From IMG/VR virus record IMGVR_UViG_2830161386_000001, positions 133,772-197,771 of that record: DNA of 64,000 nt. One strand, written 5' to 3'. Made by a program: the position numbers and the translations under genes. The first letter of the stretch is position 1. Every line of letters starts with the position of its first letter. This stretch comes from a virus (lineage: Duplodnaviria; Caudoviricetes). This document shows positions 27,553 through 37,429 of the stretch, piece by piece. The notes beneath the pieces were generated by a model. The model saw only the letters and a program-made list of their open reading frames with translations. It had not been told where the DNA came from and ran no database searches.

Positions 27553-28038
27553 CTACGTGTCGAGGAACGGGATGCTCTCGATCCGAGAGCGGAGCTGCTT
27601 TGCCTCCCGCTCCGCATCGTCGGCCCGGCGGATCTCTCGCCTCAAATCCTGCTCCGCCGTCTCGCATTGCCGCAGCGCCTCAAGCACAACTTCCGACAAG
27701 CGATCAAACGCCTCCGCCTTGCGGATGAACTTCGCAACCATCCGGGCTTGCTTTCGGCTGTCGATGTCCGGGATTGAAGCCTTGGACTTAGCTGACTCGG
27801 CCGCCTTCAGCGCCTCGTCTTGACCGGGCCCCAAGCCCGCGATCACCTCCTCAATCTTAGACTCGATCTCTTGAAATATCCCGGACGACGACTCGACCAG
27901 TATGTCAATTGCCATCCTCCGCGTCGACCGGTCTTCTTCATGTGCTCGGATTAAGGCGTCCTGAAGGTCCCTCGCCAGTGAGGCGACGCTTTCGCTGCTG
28001 TACTCTTTAGGATTTACATGTTCGGGCTTTACGCTCAT
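27553..28038 (-). CDS. Coiled-coil hypothetical protein
   Basis: Helical charged ORF downstream of dnaE. Confidence 0.65.
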   Translation of the reverse strand: MSVKPEHVNPKEYSSESVASLARDLQDALIRAHEEDRSTRRMAIDILVESSSGIFQEIESKIEEVIAGLGPGQDEALKAAESAKSKASIPDIDSRKQARMVAKFIRKAEAFDRLSEVVLEALRQCETAEQDLRREIRRADDAEREAKQLRSRIESIPFLDT

Positions 28039-28092
28039 GGTTTTTCTAACTTGGTTTGTGAGGTCTCAGAAAGTGAATCTCAAAACAGAGAG

Positions 28093-31000
28093 CTAAAACA
28101 CGTGCACTTTTCCGGTCTCTCGGAGGCTACTTAGAGACTGAAGGTCCGGCTGGATGCCGCGGCCAAGCGAGACGGTTTCCTGGTAGTTTGTCTGCCCATC
28201 GCTAGCATTTCGCTTCGGGCCTTTGACCCACGCCTCCATCTCCCCCTCCGGAAGCTCAGAGAGCCGCTCTAAGGCGCTTCGGGCCGCCTCTGGGGAATCG
28301 GTCTCCACGCACGCGACTTGGCCGAAGCGGGCCGGAATTTGCCGCGCAGGCACCGCGTTTTCGACGGTGTAGCTTCCGGCGTACTCCCCTCGCACGTCGG
28401 TTTCCAGCACAAGCATCACGGCGGTGTCCGGCCGCAGGTGGTCCCCGATCTCCTCGTAAGTGCTGTCCCACATCGCGGCGGAGTCGGGAATCTCGTAGCC
28501 GGCGGTCTGGTAGGTCACCCACCACATCCGGTTTCCGTTGCTGGTGGTCTGCTCCTTTACCTTCATGACCGTCGCCAGCTCCAGGCGGTAGCGGGTGCCT
28601 TTGTAGGTATGCTCGTGGCCGCTTAGGTGCTGGGCGAGCCACTGGAAGTCGTCGGTCGGCGGGCCGCCTGTGTAGGTAGAGGCGACCTCCCGCTCTTGCT
28701 GAAAGCGGCTCTGGCGGGGAAACTCCGCGACGTCGTGGACCTGCGGGGCATCCGGCATCGACTTGCGGCTGCCCTGCTTGTAGTTCCGGCGCTTCCGGGC
28801 GTAGGTCAAGACCTTGTCGTGGGCTTCCATCATCGCGGCCCTCGACAAGTCGAAGTCGTCGAAGGCGCCGGCCTTGATCAGGGCCTTGACCGCCCGGGCG
28901 TTAGGCGTGCAGCGGCACAGGCACTCCATAAACGACTCGAAGGGGCCGCCCGTCTCCCGCTCCTCCAAAAACACCTGCGCCTCCTTGCCCACGTACTTAA
29001 TCGTGGAGAGGCCAAAGCGGACCTCCCCCTCATCCGTGGCGGCGAACTCCGCTTTTGACTTGTTGACCGAGGGGCGCTTTACGTCAACGCCCTCCCGGCG
29101 CAGCTCCCGGATCTGGTCGGCGCGGTCGCCGTCGTCGCTTTTCGATTGGACGATCGCGGCCTGAAAGGCCTCCCGGCAGTAGCACTTGAGGTAGGCCTGC
29201 TTGTAGGCCAGCGCCGCGTAGGACGAGCTATGTGCGCGGTTGAACGCGTAGTCTGCAAACTCCTCGATCTTCTGGAAAATCGTCTCTCCGAGGGAGCGGC
29301 CGTAGCCCTGCTCGATGCAGCCCTCGACAAACTTCTGTTTCTGCTCCATGAGGAGCTTCTCCTTCTTTTTGCCGATCGCCCGTCGCATGATGTCCGCCTG
29401 CCCGAGGGAGAAGCCGGCCACCTCCTGGCAGACCTTCATGACCTGCTCCTGAAAGACCATGATCCCGTAGGTGTCGCCGAGGATATCTGATACATCATCC
29501 TTGATCGCGTCGTGGATCGAGGGGTCGATGTAGATTGTCTCCTCTTCCCCGTGCATCCGGGCGATAAACTCGGGGATCTGCTGCATCGGGCCGGGCCTGT
29601 ACAGGGCGTTCATCGCCGCGATGTGGACGAATTCGGTCGGCTCCATCTGCTCTAAAAACTGGCGCATCCCGTCGCTTTCGAACTGGAAGACGCCCTTCGT
29701 GTCGCCGGTGGCAAAAATCTCCTCGTAGACCTTCGGGTCGTCCCTGGATTCTAGGTCTTCCTCGCTGATGTCGTAGCCGAGGTCCCTGGCCATTTCCAGG
29801 GCCCGGTCGATTTCACTCAGCGCCGAGAGGCCCAATACGTCAATCTTCAGGAGCCCCAGGTCCTCCAGCTGGTCCCCGTCAAACTGGGTCACGATGTGCT
29901 TTTCCCCGCTGCTTGTGAGGGCCTGGGTCGGGACGTGCTCGCTCGTCTCATCCGGCGTTACGATCACCGCCGCCGGGTGGCGCCCCGGGTGGCGGGCCAA
30001 GCCCTGGATGTCATCGGCCCACTTGCAGACTTTCTCAAAGCGCCCGTCGTCCTGGCGCTTGCGGCGGAGCTTGGGGCTCACTTCCAATAGGTCCTCGACG
30101 GTGCCGACGTCATGCTCTTTTTTGATCTCTTTGATCTCGTCGGCGACCTCGTCTTGCTCGGTCGGCTTGAGGCCGAAGACCCGGCTTACGTTCCGCACCG
30201 CCGCCTTGAGCTGAAACCGGTTGAACGTAATGGCCTCCGAGACGCGGTCCTCTCCGTACTTCGCCCGGATGTGCCGGATTACCTCCTCCCGGCGCTTGTC
30301 GTCGAAGTCGATGTCGATGTCCGGCATCGTCGTCCGGGCGTGGTTGAGAAAGCGGTCGAACAGCAGCCCGTGGGCCATCGGGTCCAGGTCGGTAATCCCG
30401 AGGCAATAGGTCACCATCGACCCGGCGGCCGAGCCGCGCCCGGGCCCGACGCGGATGCCCTGCGCTTTCGCCCACTGGACCACGTCGCTTACGATCAGGA
30501 AGTAGTCGTTGAAGCCCATCTCGTCGATCACGCCCAGCTCGTAGCGCATCCGGTCCTTGTGGGCTTGCGTGGCGCCCGGGTAGCGACGGCGGAAGCCCTT
30601 GGCGCACTCTTCGGTGAGGCGCTCTTTGGGCGTTTCCGCGGGGCCGAGGTCCGGAAACTCCGGGAAAAAATATTCCCCCTCCTCCATCGGGAGGCGGGCG
30701 CCGCAGCTTTCAGCAATCCGCATTGTGTTCTCCGCCGCCTGGGGAAACTCCTCGAAGAGGCTGATCATCTCCTCTGGCCCTTTGACGTGCATGTTTTCGT
30801 GGGCGAAGCGGCCCCCGTCCTCGTCGGTAAGCAAGACGTTGTCCCCCCCGCCCTCCGAGCGGGAGAGGCAGGTGCGGACCTTCTGGATCTCGTAGTCCTC
30901 CGGCCGGGCGTAGTGGCAGTCGTTGGCCGTAATGACCGGAATGTCGTACCTTTTCGCCAGGTACTGAACGAGGTCGTTCATCGTCTCCTCGTCCTCGATG

Positions 31001-31599
31001 CCGTGGCGGTGGGCCTCCAGGTAGAAGTCGTCCCCGAAGATATCGAGGTACTGCTCCGTAACCGAATGGGCCTTCTCGATCCGCTCCCGCTTGGAGAGGT
31101 GGCTAAACTGATCGTCCCCGAGGGCGAGCTTCGGCAAAATTCCCTGCACGCAGCTGGAGGTGGCGATGATGCCCTCGCTGTGGCGCCGGAGACGCTTAAA
31201 ATCAATGGTCGGGTTGTAATAGAACCCTTCATCTCCGGCCCAGCTCGCGAGCTTCATCAGGTTGTTTAGGCCCGCCTGCGTCTTGGCAAGCAAGACTTGG
31301 TGGAACCGCGTTTTCCGAACTTTATTTTCGCGGTCTGAGCAGGCAGCTCCCTTCTCCCGGAGCGACTGCACGTGGTCGAAGTCCTCGACGAAGTACGCCT
31401 CAATGCCCAAAATCGGCTTGATCCCCGCCGCGTCGCACGCCTCCTGAAACGAGGGCCAGGCGTAGCACACGCCGTGGTCGGTCACCGCCGCGGCGCTCAT
31501 CCCAAGCTCGCCTGCCCGCCCGGCAAGCTCTTTCGGGGACTGGACCCCGTCGAAGGTCGAGAGGGACGTGTGGTTGTGTAGGTGGGTAAAGCTGGCCAT
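28093..31599 (-). CDS. dnaE: DNA polymerase III alpha subunit
   Basis: PHP domain (HLHNHT, TDHG, ANDCHY), GPGRGSAAGS, PDIDIDF, KIDVLGL, GVFQFES, ALYRPGP, YAFNRAHS. Confidence 0.97.
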   Translation of the reverse strand: MASFTHLHNHTSLSTFDGVQSPKELAGRAGELGMSAAAVTDHGVCYAWPSFQEACDAAGIKPILGIEAYFVEDFDHVQSLREKGAACSDRENKVRKTRFHQVLLAKTQAGLNNLMKLASWAGDEGFYYNPTIDFKRLRRHSEGIIATSSCVQGILPKLALGDDQFSHLSKRERIEKAHSVTEQYLDIFGDDFYLEAHRHGIEDEETMNDLVQYLAKRYDIPVITANDCHYARPEDYEIQKVRTCLSRSEGGGDNVLLTDEDGGRFAHENMHVKGPEEMISLFEEFPQAAENTMRIAESCGARLPMEEGEYFFPEFPDLGPAETPKERLTEECAKGFRRRYPGATQAHKDRMRYELGVIDEMGFNDYFLIVSDVVQWAKAQGIRVGPGRGSAAGSMVTYCLGITDLDPMAHGLLFDRFLNHARTTMPDIDIDFDDKRREEVIRHIRAKYGEDRVSEAITFNRFQLKAAVRNVSRVFGLKPTEQDEVADEIKEIKKEHDVGTVEDLLEVSPKLRRKRQDDGRFEKVCKWADDIQGLARHPGRHPAAVIVTPDETSEHVPTQALTSSGEKHIVTQFDGDQLEDLGLLKIDVLGLSALSEIDRALEMARDLGYDISEEDLESRDDPKVYEEIFATGDTKGVFQFESDGMRQFLEQMEPTEFVHIAAMNALYRPGPMQQIPEFIARMHGEEETIYIDPSIHDAIKDDVSDILGDTYGIMVFQEQVMKVCQEVAGFSLGQADIMRRAIGKKKEKLLMEQKQKFVEGCIEQGYGRSLGETIFQKIEEFADYAFNRAHSSSYAALAYKQAYLKCYCREAFQAAIVQSKSDDGDRADQIRELRREGVDVKRPSVNKSKAEFAATDEGEVRFGLSTIKYVGKEAQVFLEERETGGPFESFMECLCRCTPNARAVKALIKAGAFDDFDLSRAAMMEAHDKVLTYARKRRNYKQGSRKSMPDAPQVHDVAEFPRQSRFQQEREVASTYTGGPPTDDFQWLAQHLSGHEHTYKGTRYRLELATVMKVKEQTTSNGNRMWWVTYQTAGYEIPDSAAMWDSTYEEIGDHLRPDTAVMLVLETDVRGEYAGSYTVENAVPARQIPARFGQVACVETDSPEAARSALERLSELPEGEMEAWVKGPKRNASDGQTNYQETVSLGRGIQPDLQSLSSLRETGKVHVF

Positions 31600-31637
31600 A
31601 AAGCGTTTCTGTGATGCGTGAAAAAGTAATCGGTAAG

Positions 31638-32156
31638 TTAGAGCGGGAACGCTGACTTCGGGAGCACAGAGCGGATCTCGATGCCGTCTCTCGTGACCTG
31701 CACGAGCACTTCGAGGGTGCCACGCTCATAGGCCTCTTCCATCTGGCGTTCGTACTCGAAAATAAACCCGTCGGCTGCTGCTTGAAAGGACTCCCCTAGC
31801 GTCCGAATAAGGCGGCACATGAGCCGCTGGCTCTCCTCCGGCGCCGACTCGTTCCACTTTTCATGACCGGACCAAACCACCTCTCGGCTTATTGGCTCCG
31901 GCACCTCCCCCCAAAGATCCCGGCAAACCCTCCACACGGTCCGTTCGGTTACGTGCTCTATAGCTCGCCACGGAGTGCCTGTCTCGTGAGTGTAATACTC
32001 TTGAGCGGTCTGCGACCATATTCGCTCGCGCATCATGCGCTCCCCATGACGCAGAATGTCGTGTGCCCAGTCGGGAACCTTCTCGTATTCTTTGCGCTCG
32101 GCCTCCGGCATCGTCTGAGGTAGAATTGGGGAAACAGAACTCGGCTTAATGCCCAT
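31638..32156 (-). CDS. Array member 11, shared C-terminal motif
   Basis: LEVLVQVTRDGIEIRSV. Confidence 0.8.
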   Translation of the reverse strand: MGIKPSSVSPILPQTMPEAERKEYEKVPDWAHDILRHGERMMRERIWSQTAQEYYTHETGTPWRAIEHVTERTVWRVCRDLWGEVPEPISREVVWSGHEKWNESAPEESQRLMCRLIRTLGESFQAAADGFIFEYERQMEEAYERGTLEVLVQVTRDGIEIRSVLPKSAFPL

Positions 32157-32208
32157 AAAGCAAAACGTTTATTTTTGAGTGGTCACGCTTGAAAGTCGGC
32201 TCTGAAAG

Positions 32209-32640
32209 TCACTCCTGAAAGACCGGCTTCTGGTGCGCGAGCGGCTCGTAGACGCTTTCGATCTCGATCGCCTCTCGCGTTACGCGCACCATCACCTCCA
32301 GTCTCGTCTCTTCGCGGCGCCGCTCTTCGATTGCTTCTTTGGCCGCCTTTTCGGCGCTCTTTCCGGCGTGCAGGATGATTCGGCTCATGAGCTTGTTGCC
32401 ACTGCCGACTCCCTCCTCGGAGATCGGCCACGGGACCCGGCCGAGGAGGTCCCGCGCTACCGACCGCACGCTCTTTTGGTCAATCTCATTTTTCGCAAGC
32501 ACAGAGGCAACGATCTGCTCGGTCTCCGGCTCTCGGGCGATAATCTGGTCGGTTCGCCGCATGACCGAAAAGTAGAGCTTCTCGACAATTTGCCAGGCCC
32601 AGTCTGGGTCCTGGTCGCGAAGTGGTCCAGTTGGCTGCAT
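32209..32640 (-). CDS. Array member 10
   Basis: LEVMVRVTREAIEIESV. Confidence 0.8.
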   Translation of the reverse strand: MQPTGPLRDQDPDWAWQIVEKLYFSVMRRTDQIIAREPETEQIVASVLAKNEIDQKSVRSVARDLLGRVPWPISEEGVGSGNKLMSRIILHAGKSAEKAAKEAIEERRREETRLEVMVRVTREAIEIESVYEPLAHQKPVFQE

Positions 32641-32686
32641 GGCACGGCTGTTTACAAGGTCAAGTTAATGATCAGGGATAGGTGGG

Positions 32687-33118
32687 TTAAAGCGAGATCC
32701 GGTGCGGCGTTACCCCCTCGATGGAAATTCCGTTTCGGGTCACCCGGACGTATACCTGCGTGGTCCCGCCGGGCCGCTGGAAGTCCATTTTCGCCTCGTG
32801 GACCGCTACGTCCACCACGTCTGGGCCGCTGTCGATGAGGCGAGCTAAAACCTCGGAGCTTGGGTCCATAAGCTCCGGCGGCACCGGGCGGTCCAGCCGC
32901 CGGGCTACCCCTCGTATGACCGACGCGGTAATGCTTTCGGGCCCCAGGTCCGGAATGTGCAGGTCAATGGCCGGAAGCGTCGGCTCCTGGAGGCCGTGGC
33001 CGGAAATTTCTCGCTGGGCGTGCTCGTAAACCGAGCGGTAGAGCTCCGATATGATCTCATGGGCCCACTCAGGGTCGTCGTCTCGGATTCGGGTGTCAAC
33101 GAAGGCTGGATAGTTCAT
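32687..33118 (-). CDS. Array member 9
   Basis: TQVYVRVTRNGISIEGV. Confidence 0.8.
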   Translation of the reverse strand: MNYPAFVDTRIRDDDPEWAHEIISELYRSVYEHAQREISGHGLQEPTLPAIDLHIPDLGPESITASVIRGVARRLDRPVPPELMDPSSEVLARLIDSGPDVVDVAVHEAKMDFQRPGGTTQVYVRVTRNGISIEGVTPHRISL

Positions 33119-33159
33119 ATCTGCGTTGTTGCGTCTGAATGTTGGCTGTAGGCGAGGTG

Positions 33160-33558
33160 CTACTCAGAGCGGTTTACCAGCCGCTGCTCGTAGTACTTGT
33201 TTCCCTGTGGCGTGCGGGGCGGGAGCACGCGCCGAATCTCCAGGCCGCGCCGCGTCACTTGAACCTCAACCCGAAATCGCCCCTCAAAGCGGTGGGGCCA
33301 GATCTGCTGCCCCAGATAACAAAGCCAGTCAAACGCGTCTTCCGGGGCGTATTTCCGGGGGCGAATCAGCTCCCGCTCGATCACAGACCGCCACTCCGGG
33401 TCGTCAAAAATAAGAGAGGCCGCCTCGTTGACGGCCTCTGTTCGCGGTTTCGACGGGGCCGCCGCCCGGATCGCAAGCATCGACCGGCGCAGCGGCTCCC
33501 ACAAAAGTTTCGTCAGCGGGTGGTCCCGCACGATTTGGTGGCTCGGAACGTGCTTCAT
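33160..33558 (-). CDS. Array member 8
   Basis: FRVEVQVTRRGLEIRRV. Confidence 0.8.
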   Translation of the reverse strand: MKHVPSHQIVRDHPLTKLLWEPLRRSMLAIRAAAPSKPRTEAVNEAASLIFDDPEWRSVIERELIRPRKYAPEDAFDWLCYLGQQIWPHRFEGRFRVEVQVTRRGLEIRRVLPPRTPQGNKYYEQRLVNRSE

Positions 33559-33609
33559 GAGACGGGGCGTTTTGCGGCAGGAAGCTATCGAAACTGTCGG
33601 CGCAGGCCG

Positions 33610-34041
33610 CTAGGAGGGCAGCCGTCCGGTATCGGGGCCGTTGAGCCCGCGCTCCGACTCAATCGAAATGCCGTTCCGCGTTACCCGCACCGTGACCCGC
33701 CGCTCCGACGTCCAAATCTCGCGGAGGCACTCCTCCAAGCGAGAATCGAGCCACCGAGCGAGGGCCGCGTTTAGGTCGTCCGGGTCGACCGCCCAGCCGG
33801 ACGTTTCGTGAAGGGCCTTCGCGAGGCTCTGGCGGAGGCTCGGCGCCGCCGGAGCAACCTCGTCTGCAAGTTGACTGGTGGACAGCGCTTTTCGGACCGA
33901 CTCCGGCGGCATGCCCCGGCGGACCGCCGGGTGTGATGCAAGGTACCTTTTGTACGTGTTGAAGGCGCGGCCCAAGAGCGCCTCTCCGTCTTGAAGGCTC
34001 ACGTCTTTGTAGCCTGGAAGAGTCTCGTTAGAGCGGGTCAT
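33610..34041 (-). CDS. Array member 7
   Basis: RRVTVRVTRNGISIES; start placed at MTRSNE. Confidence 0.78.
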   Translation of the reverse strand: MTRSNETLPGYKDVSLQDGEALLGRAFNTYKRYLASHPAVRRGMPPESVRKALSTSQLADEVAPAAPSLRQSLAKALHETSGWAVDPDDLNAALARWLDSRLEECLREIWTSERRVTVRVTRNGISIESERGLNGPDTGRLPS

Positions 34042-34498
34042 ACGTGGAAGGGTTGTCAATTCGATTTTTTTGAAGGAGGTCTGTGATTTCAATTCGGTCC
34101 CGAAAGACCCGGATCTCAACCGTGTCCACCCGGCTCCGAATAGTGGACTGGGCCTCGCTTATGATGTCGTCCCGTTTTTCGTAAAGCCGGGTTCGGAAAA
34201 GCGCCTCCGCGTCTTCCCACGCCTCAAGCATGGCTTGGCGCTGCTCTTCGCGGGTAGCGCGGGGCATAGCTTCGGCCGGGTCCTTGATCGCGCTGGACGC
34301 ACGGCCTAGTGCTTCGCCAAGCCACTCCTCCTCAAGCGCGTTGAGCGCCCTCCGAAACGCTTTGTCCGGCTTTCGCCCAATCGCCTGAGGGCTCCAGTCC
34401 AGAAAATAGTCGACGATTGCGTCCCGCCCGCCGGCGACCACTCGGTCGAGCTCCGGGTTCCGAATCAGCGGATTGTCATACGCGTGCATCAGACTCAA
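34028..34498 (-). CDS. Array member 6
   Basis: DTVEIRVFRDRIEITDL. Confidence 0.78.
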   Translation of the reverse strand: MSLMHAYDNPLIRNPELDRVVAGGRDAIVDYFLDWSPQAIGRKPDKAFRRALNALEEEWLGEALGRASSAIKDPAEAMPRATREEQRQAMLEAWEDAEALFRTRLYEKRDDIISEAQSTIRSRVDTVEIRVFRDRIEITDLLQKNRIDNPSTYDPL

Positions 34499-35003
34499 GC
34501 TTTTGGTCTAGGTGATTGCGAGAAGCGATGTTCGAGGCGCTTTGGTAGAGGTTCACGACCTCAATTCCATCGCGGCGAACGCGGATCTCAATGTGCTTCG
34601 CCTGGCTAATAAACAACTCCTTTGCCCGCCGGAGAATCGTTTCTTCTCGGTTTCCAATCTCGTCGGTCGCAAACCGAATTACGTCCATCATCGCCTGCTG
34701 GCGGTCCGCCGGGCGGGCTCGCGCCTCCTCGTCCCACATCTCCGGCACGACGCCGTATTCCCGGGCAAGATCGTCGATTTGCTGGTTGTAGTAGTTTTTC
34801 AGAATCTCTTGGAAGGAGCCCCGCCCAAGCGTTGACCACGAGCATTCGACGACCAGTCTCTGCACGACGTCCGAGCACGCGCACTCGACCATCTCGTAGT
34901 AGGCGTCCTGGTCGATCAGCGGGTCGTTCTCAACCGACGTTCGCAGGCTCTCGCACCGAAACTCGTCAAAATCCGGCATCAGCGTTCTTGTGGAGCTATA
35001 CAT
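34476..35003 (-). CDS. Array member 5
   Basis: KHIEIRVRRDGIEVVNL. Confidence 0.8.
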   Translation of the reverse strand: MYSSTRTLMPDFDEFRCESLRTSVENDPLIDQDAYYEMVECACSDVVQRLVVECSWSTLGRGSFQEILKNYYNQQIDDLAREYGVVPEMWDEEARARPADRQQAMMDVIRFATDEIGNREETILRRAKELFISQAKHIEIRVRRDGIEVVNLYQSASNIASRNHLDQKLESDARV

Positions 35004-35048
35004 AGGAAGAGAATTTAGTTTGAGAGTATAGTTCGGCAGTTGAGCCGC

Positions 35049-35462
35049 TCAGTAGTTGCAGCGGACATTCAAAATCTCGATGCCCGTTCGAGTGACTCGA
35101 ATGGTCACCTCATTCGCGCTTCGCAGAAGCCTGTCTTGGGCTTTCTCAATCACAGCCCGGCGGCTCTCGCTCACGCGAGCAACGATCTCCTTCCGGGCCA
35201 TAAAGAAGAGCTCGTTGAACCGATGGTCTGCTCGGCAAGTCTCTGTATCGGGCATCTCATCTGTGAGGCGTTCGTCCAGCCAGTGGTTTGGGCCGTAAAG
35301 CACATGTTCTGCCACGTCGTGGAAGGCATCAGTACCGATTTCGTCCAACCCGTAGCGAAACGCCAAGCGGTTGACGACCATGTCTATCGCCTTCCCCTCA
35401 AGGCGATTGGCGATGTTTTCGGCCGCTACGTAAATTGGCTCATCGAAGCTAGTAGTGCGCAT
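35049..35462 (-). CDS. Array member 4
   Basis: NEVTIRVTRTGIEILNV. Confidence 0.8.
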   Translation of the reverse strand: MRTTSFDEPIYVAAENIANRLEGKAIDMVVNRLAFRYGLDEIGTDAFHDVAEHVLYGPNHWLDERLTDEMPDTETCRADHRFNELFFMARKEIVARVSESRRAVIEKAQDRLLRSANEVTIRVTRTGIEILNVRCNY

Positions 35463-35922
35463 GTTGATTGAATTTGGTTGTTCGAGGTTCGGGGCGAGGT
35501 TGGGAGGGCTCTAGGCCAAACCCTTCGATCTCGATTCCGTGACGGCGGACGCGAACGTACACGTCGAGGCCGCCTTCAAGAATGTCTTCAAGCATGAACC
35601 CAAGCTCGCTGCGGAGATAGTCTTCCAGCTCCTCGCGGACCATCTCTTCTTTGCTCAGGCTGGGCATCTCCTCGTTGATTGGGCTGGACATTTCTTTTTC
35701 GGTCGGGTCGGGCCAGAGCGGCCCTTGAAACTCCCTGTACCTGTCGTGAAGGTAGATCATGTCCGCATCCGACAAGACCGAAATTTCGTTGTGAACAATT
35801 TCGCGGATCCGCTGCCACATCTCTCGGGGCGTGGACACCTCCCCCTCCGCAAGCGCCCATTTAAAACGGAGGGTCGATCGCCTCGTGATTTCGTCGAGGG
35901 GGTCGTCGCTCTGATAAATCAT
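35449..35922 (-). CDS. Array member 3
   Basis: LDVYVRVRRHGIEIEGF; start placed at MIYQSD. Confidence 0.78.
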   Translation of the reverse strand: MIYQSDDPLDEITRRSTLRFKWALAEGEVSTPREMWQRIREIVHNEISVLSDADMIYLHDRYREFQGPLWPDPTEKEMSSPINEEMPSLSKEEMVREELEDYLRSELGFMLEDILEGGLDVYVRVRRHGIEIEGFGLEPSQPRPEPRTTKFNQHAHY

Positions 35923-36481
35923 CTGATAAATCGTGGGGTTGCGTTTCGTATTGTGCGTCGAGTGCAGACTGAACCGCCTCTTCTTCCCCGTAAAACGCCT
36001 CGGCCAAGGGCTTCGGCAAGACGCCCTGGACCTCAATGCCGTCCCGCCGCACGGTGACCATCACCGTAAGAGGGCCCTCCAGGCGGCTTTCCCAAAACTC
36101 GTGCAGGCCTCTGTACGCCCAACAAAAGAGGTTCATGTAGGCGCACTCCAAGGGGCCTTCCGGCTTCCGGCCCGCAACCCATGCTTGATCTGGGTGAGGC
36201 TCGATCAGGCGGCCGTCGGCACTGATGTATTCTTTGAGCACGTCTCCATTCGGGACCGTTGCGTGTACCGTGTTGTTGATCATCCGGTCGACGGCCTGCC
36301 CGAGCTCTAGGTCCTCCCGCTCCAGAAGCACCCGCGCTATGTCCGTTCCGGTCACTTTTGAAAGCCGGTAGCAGAAGTCCTGCCGGACTTTCTGGTACAG
36401 AGAGCAAAACGGCTCGAATAGGTCGGCTTGCTCCGGATTGATATCTAAGATGTGTCGCCTGCGGTTTTTGTCACTGTTCAT
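35861..36481 (-). CDS. Array member 2
   Basis: LTVMVTVRRDGIEVQGV; start placed at MNSDKN. Confidence 0.78.
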   Translation of the reverse strand: MNSDKNRRRHILDINPEQADLFEPFCSLYQKVRQDFCYRLSKVTGTDIARVLLEREDLELGQAVDRMINNTVHATVPNGDVLKEYISADGRLIEPHPDQAWVAGRKPEGPLECAYMNLFCWAYRGLHEFWESRLEGPLTVMVTVRRDGIEVQGVLPKPLAEAFYGEEEAVQSALDAQYETQPHDLSDDLSERRPPRRNHEAIDPPF

Positions 36482-36986
36482 GGGTTGAAGGTCTTTGTGA
36501 GAGATAATGAGCGATGGGCCGGGGGCGCGCCCCGAGGCACAAGATCGAGTCGCGGCGGACCTGGACGGCAATCACAAGTGGCTCCTCCCGCACCTGGCCC
36601 GCCCACTGCCGCAGGTCCCACACGACCGCTGCAAGGAAGTGCGTTTTCGAGGCCGCCGCCCCCGAGGACCTTGGCCACTGGACTCGGCCCCACACCTGCT
36701 CGACCACCTGGGTGGGCGGCCGGCCCACCTCGTCTACAAAGCGGGCGGCGTCGTACGGAGAGTACGGGCACATAGAAAAAGCGAGGTCCAGGAACGCCTG
36801 AACCTCGCTTTCCGGGTCGAGCCCGTTTTTTGCCCACCGCCGGGCCATCCGGCGGCGCGCTTCGCTGAGGAGAGGGTGAACTTTGTGGGTATCAGGCCAC
36901 CTAGTTCCGGATTGCTCCGCCCCGGGCCTTTTGCCGGCGCCGGAGGGCGGATTGGAACTGGTCGCGGTCGATCTCTTCGTATGCAT
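36471..36986 (-). CDS. Array member 1
   Basis: LVIAVQVRRDSILCLG (degenerate motif); start uncertain. Confidence 0.7.
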   Translation of the reverse strand: MHTKRSTATSSNPPSGAGKRPGAEQSGTRWPDTHKVHPLLSEARRRMARRWAKNGLDPESEVQAFLDLAFSMCPYSPYDAARFVDEVGRPPTQVVEQVWGRVQWPRSSGAAASKTHFLAAVVWDLRQWAGQVREEPLVIAVQVRRDSILCLGARPRPIAHYLSQRPSTHEQ

Positions 36987-37287
36987 CGGAATGGCGACTT
37001 ATTCGAAAGTACGACGGGGCGCCGTGGGAGCGCTTCTCCATGAGCGCGCAGCTGGGGGCGCCGTACATCGCCTGGCCCATCACGCCGGGCGAGAGGTCGT
37101 GAAGCACGACCAGAAGCGAGGTCTGCGGGTGCTCGGCGCGTTGCCACTTATACCCGCACACCTGGCAAAAGCGCGTCTCAATCGGGGCGTTGACAAAAAG
37201 GTTGGAGAAGGGGTCCGGCACGGCGTTCAGCTTCGGGGCCGTCTCGAAGCTGGACACCCCTTCAGATTTGCAGCAAGGGCATCGCAT
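36901..37287 (-). CDS. Zinc-ribbon protein heading the array operon
   Basis: CPCC...CQVCGYKW; first gene after the promoter-like motif. Confidence 0.6.
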   Translation of the reverse strand: MRCPCCKSEGVSSFETAPKLNAVPDPFSNLFVNAPIETRFCQVCGYKWQRAEHPQTSLLVVLHDLSPGVMGQAMYGAPSCALMEKRSHGAPSYFRISRHSDAYEEIDRDQFQSALRRRQKARGGAIRN

Positions 37288-37356
37288 AACTTGAGTTTAT
37301 TTAAGCAAAAGGGGCGAAAAGAAGGTCGGCAGAAGGCAATGGCCTCCTTCTGTGTT

Positions 37357-37385
37357 TATGGTGGGGACTTTTCGCCAACATTTGC
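37357..37385 (-). promoter_or_regulatory. Putative promoter GCAAA-N17-CACCATA upstream of the paralog array
   Basis: Exact spacing; palindrome copy 5 bp upstream (37391..37406). Confidence 0.7.
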
Positions 37386-37429
37386 GCTTCAGTCCCAGCT
37401 GGGACTGGCGCCTATGCGTTGGGCCGCTT

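Noticed and set aside
31638-36986. Diversity-generating retroelement or integron cassette explanation for the array
   Set aside because: No reverse transcriptase, integrase, near-identical template repeat or attC-like sites are visible; similarity is at the protein-motif level only.
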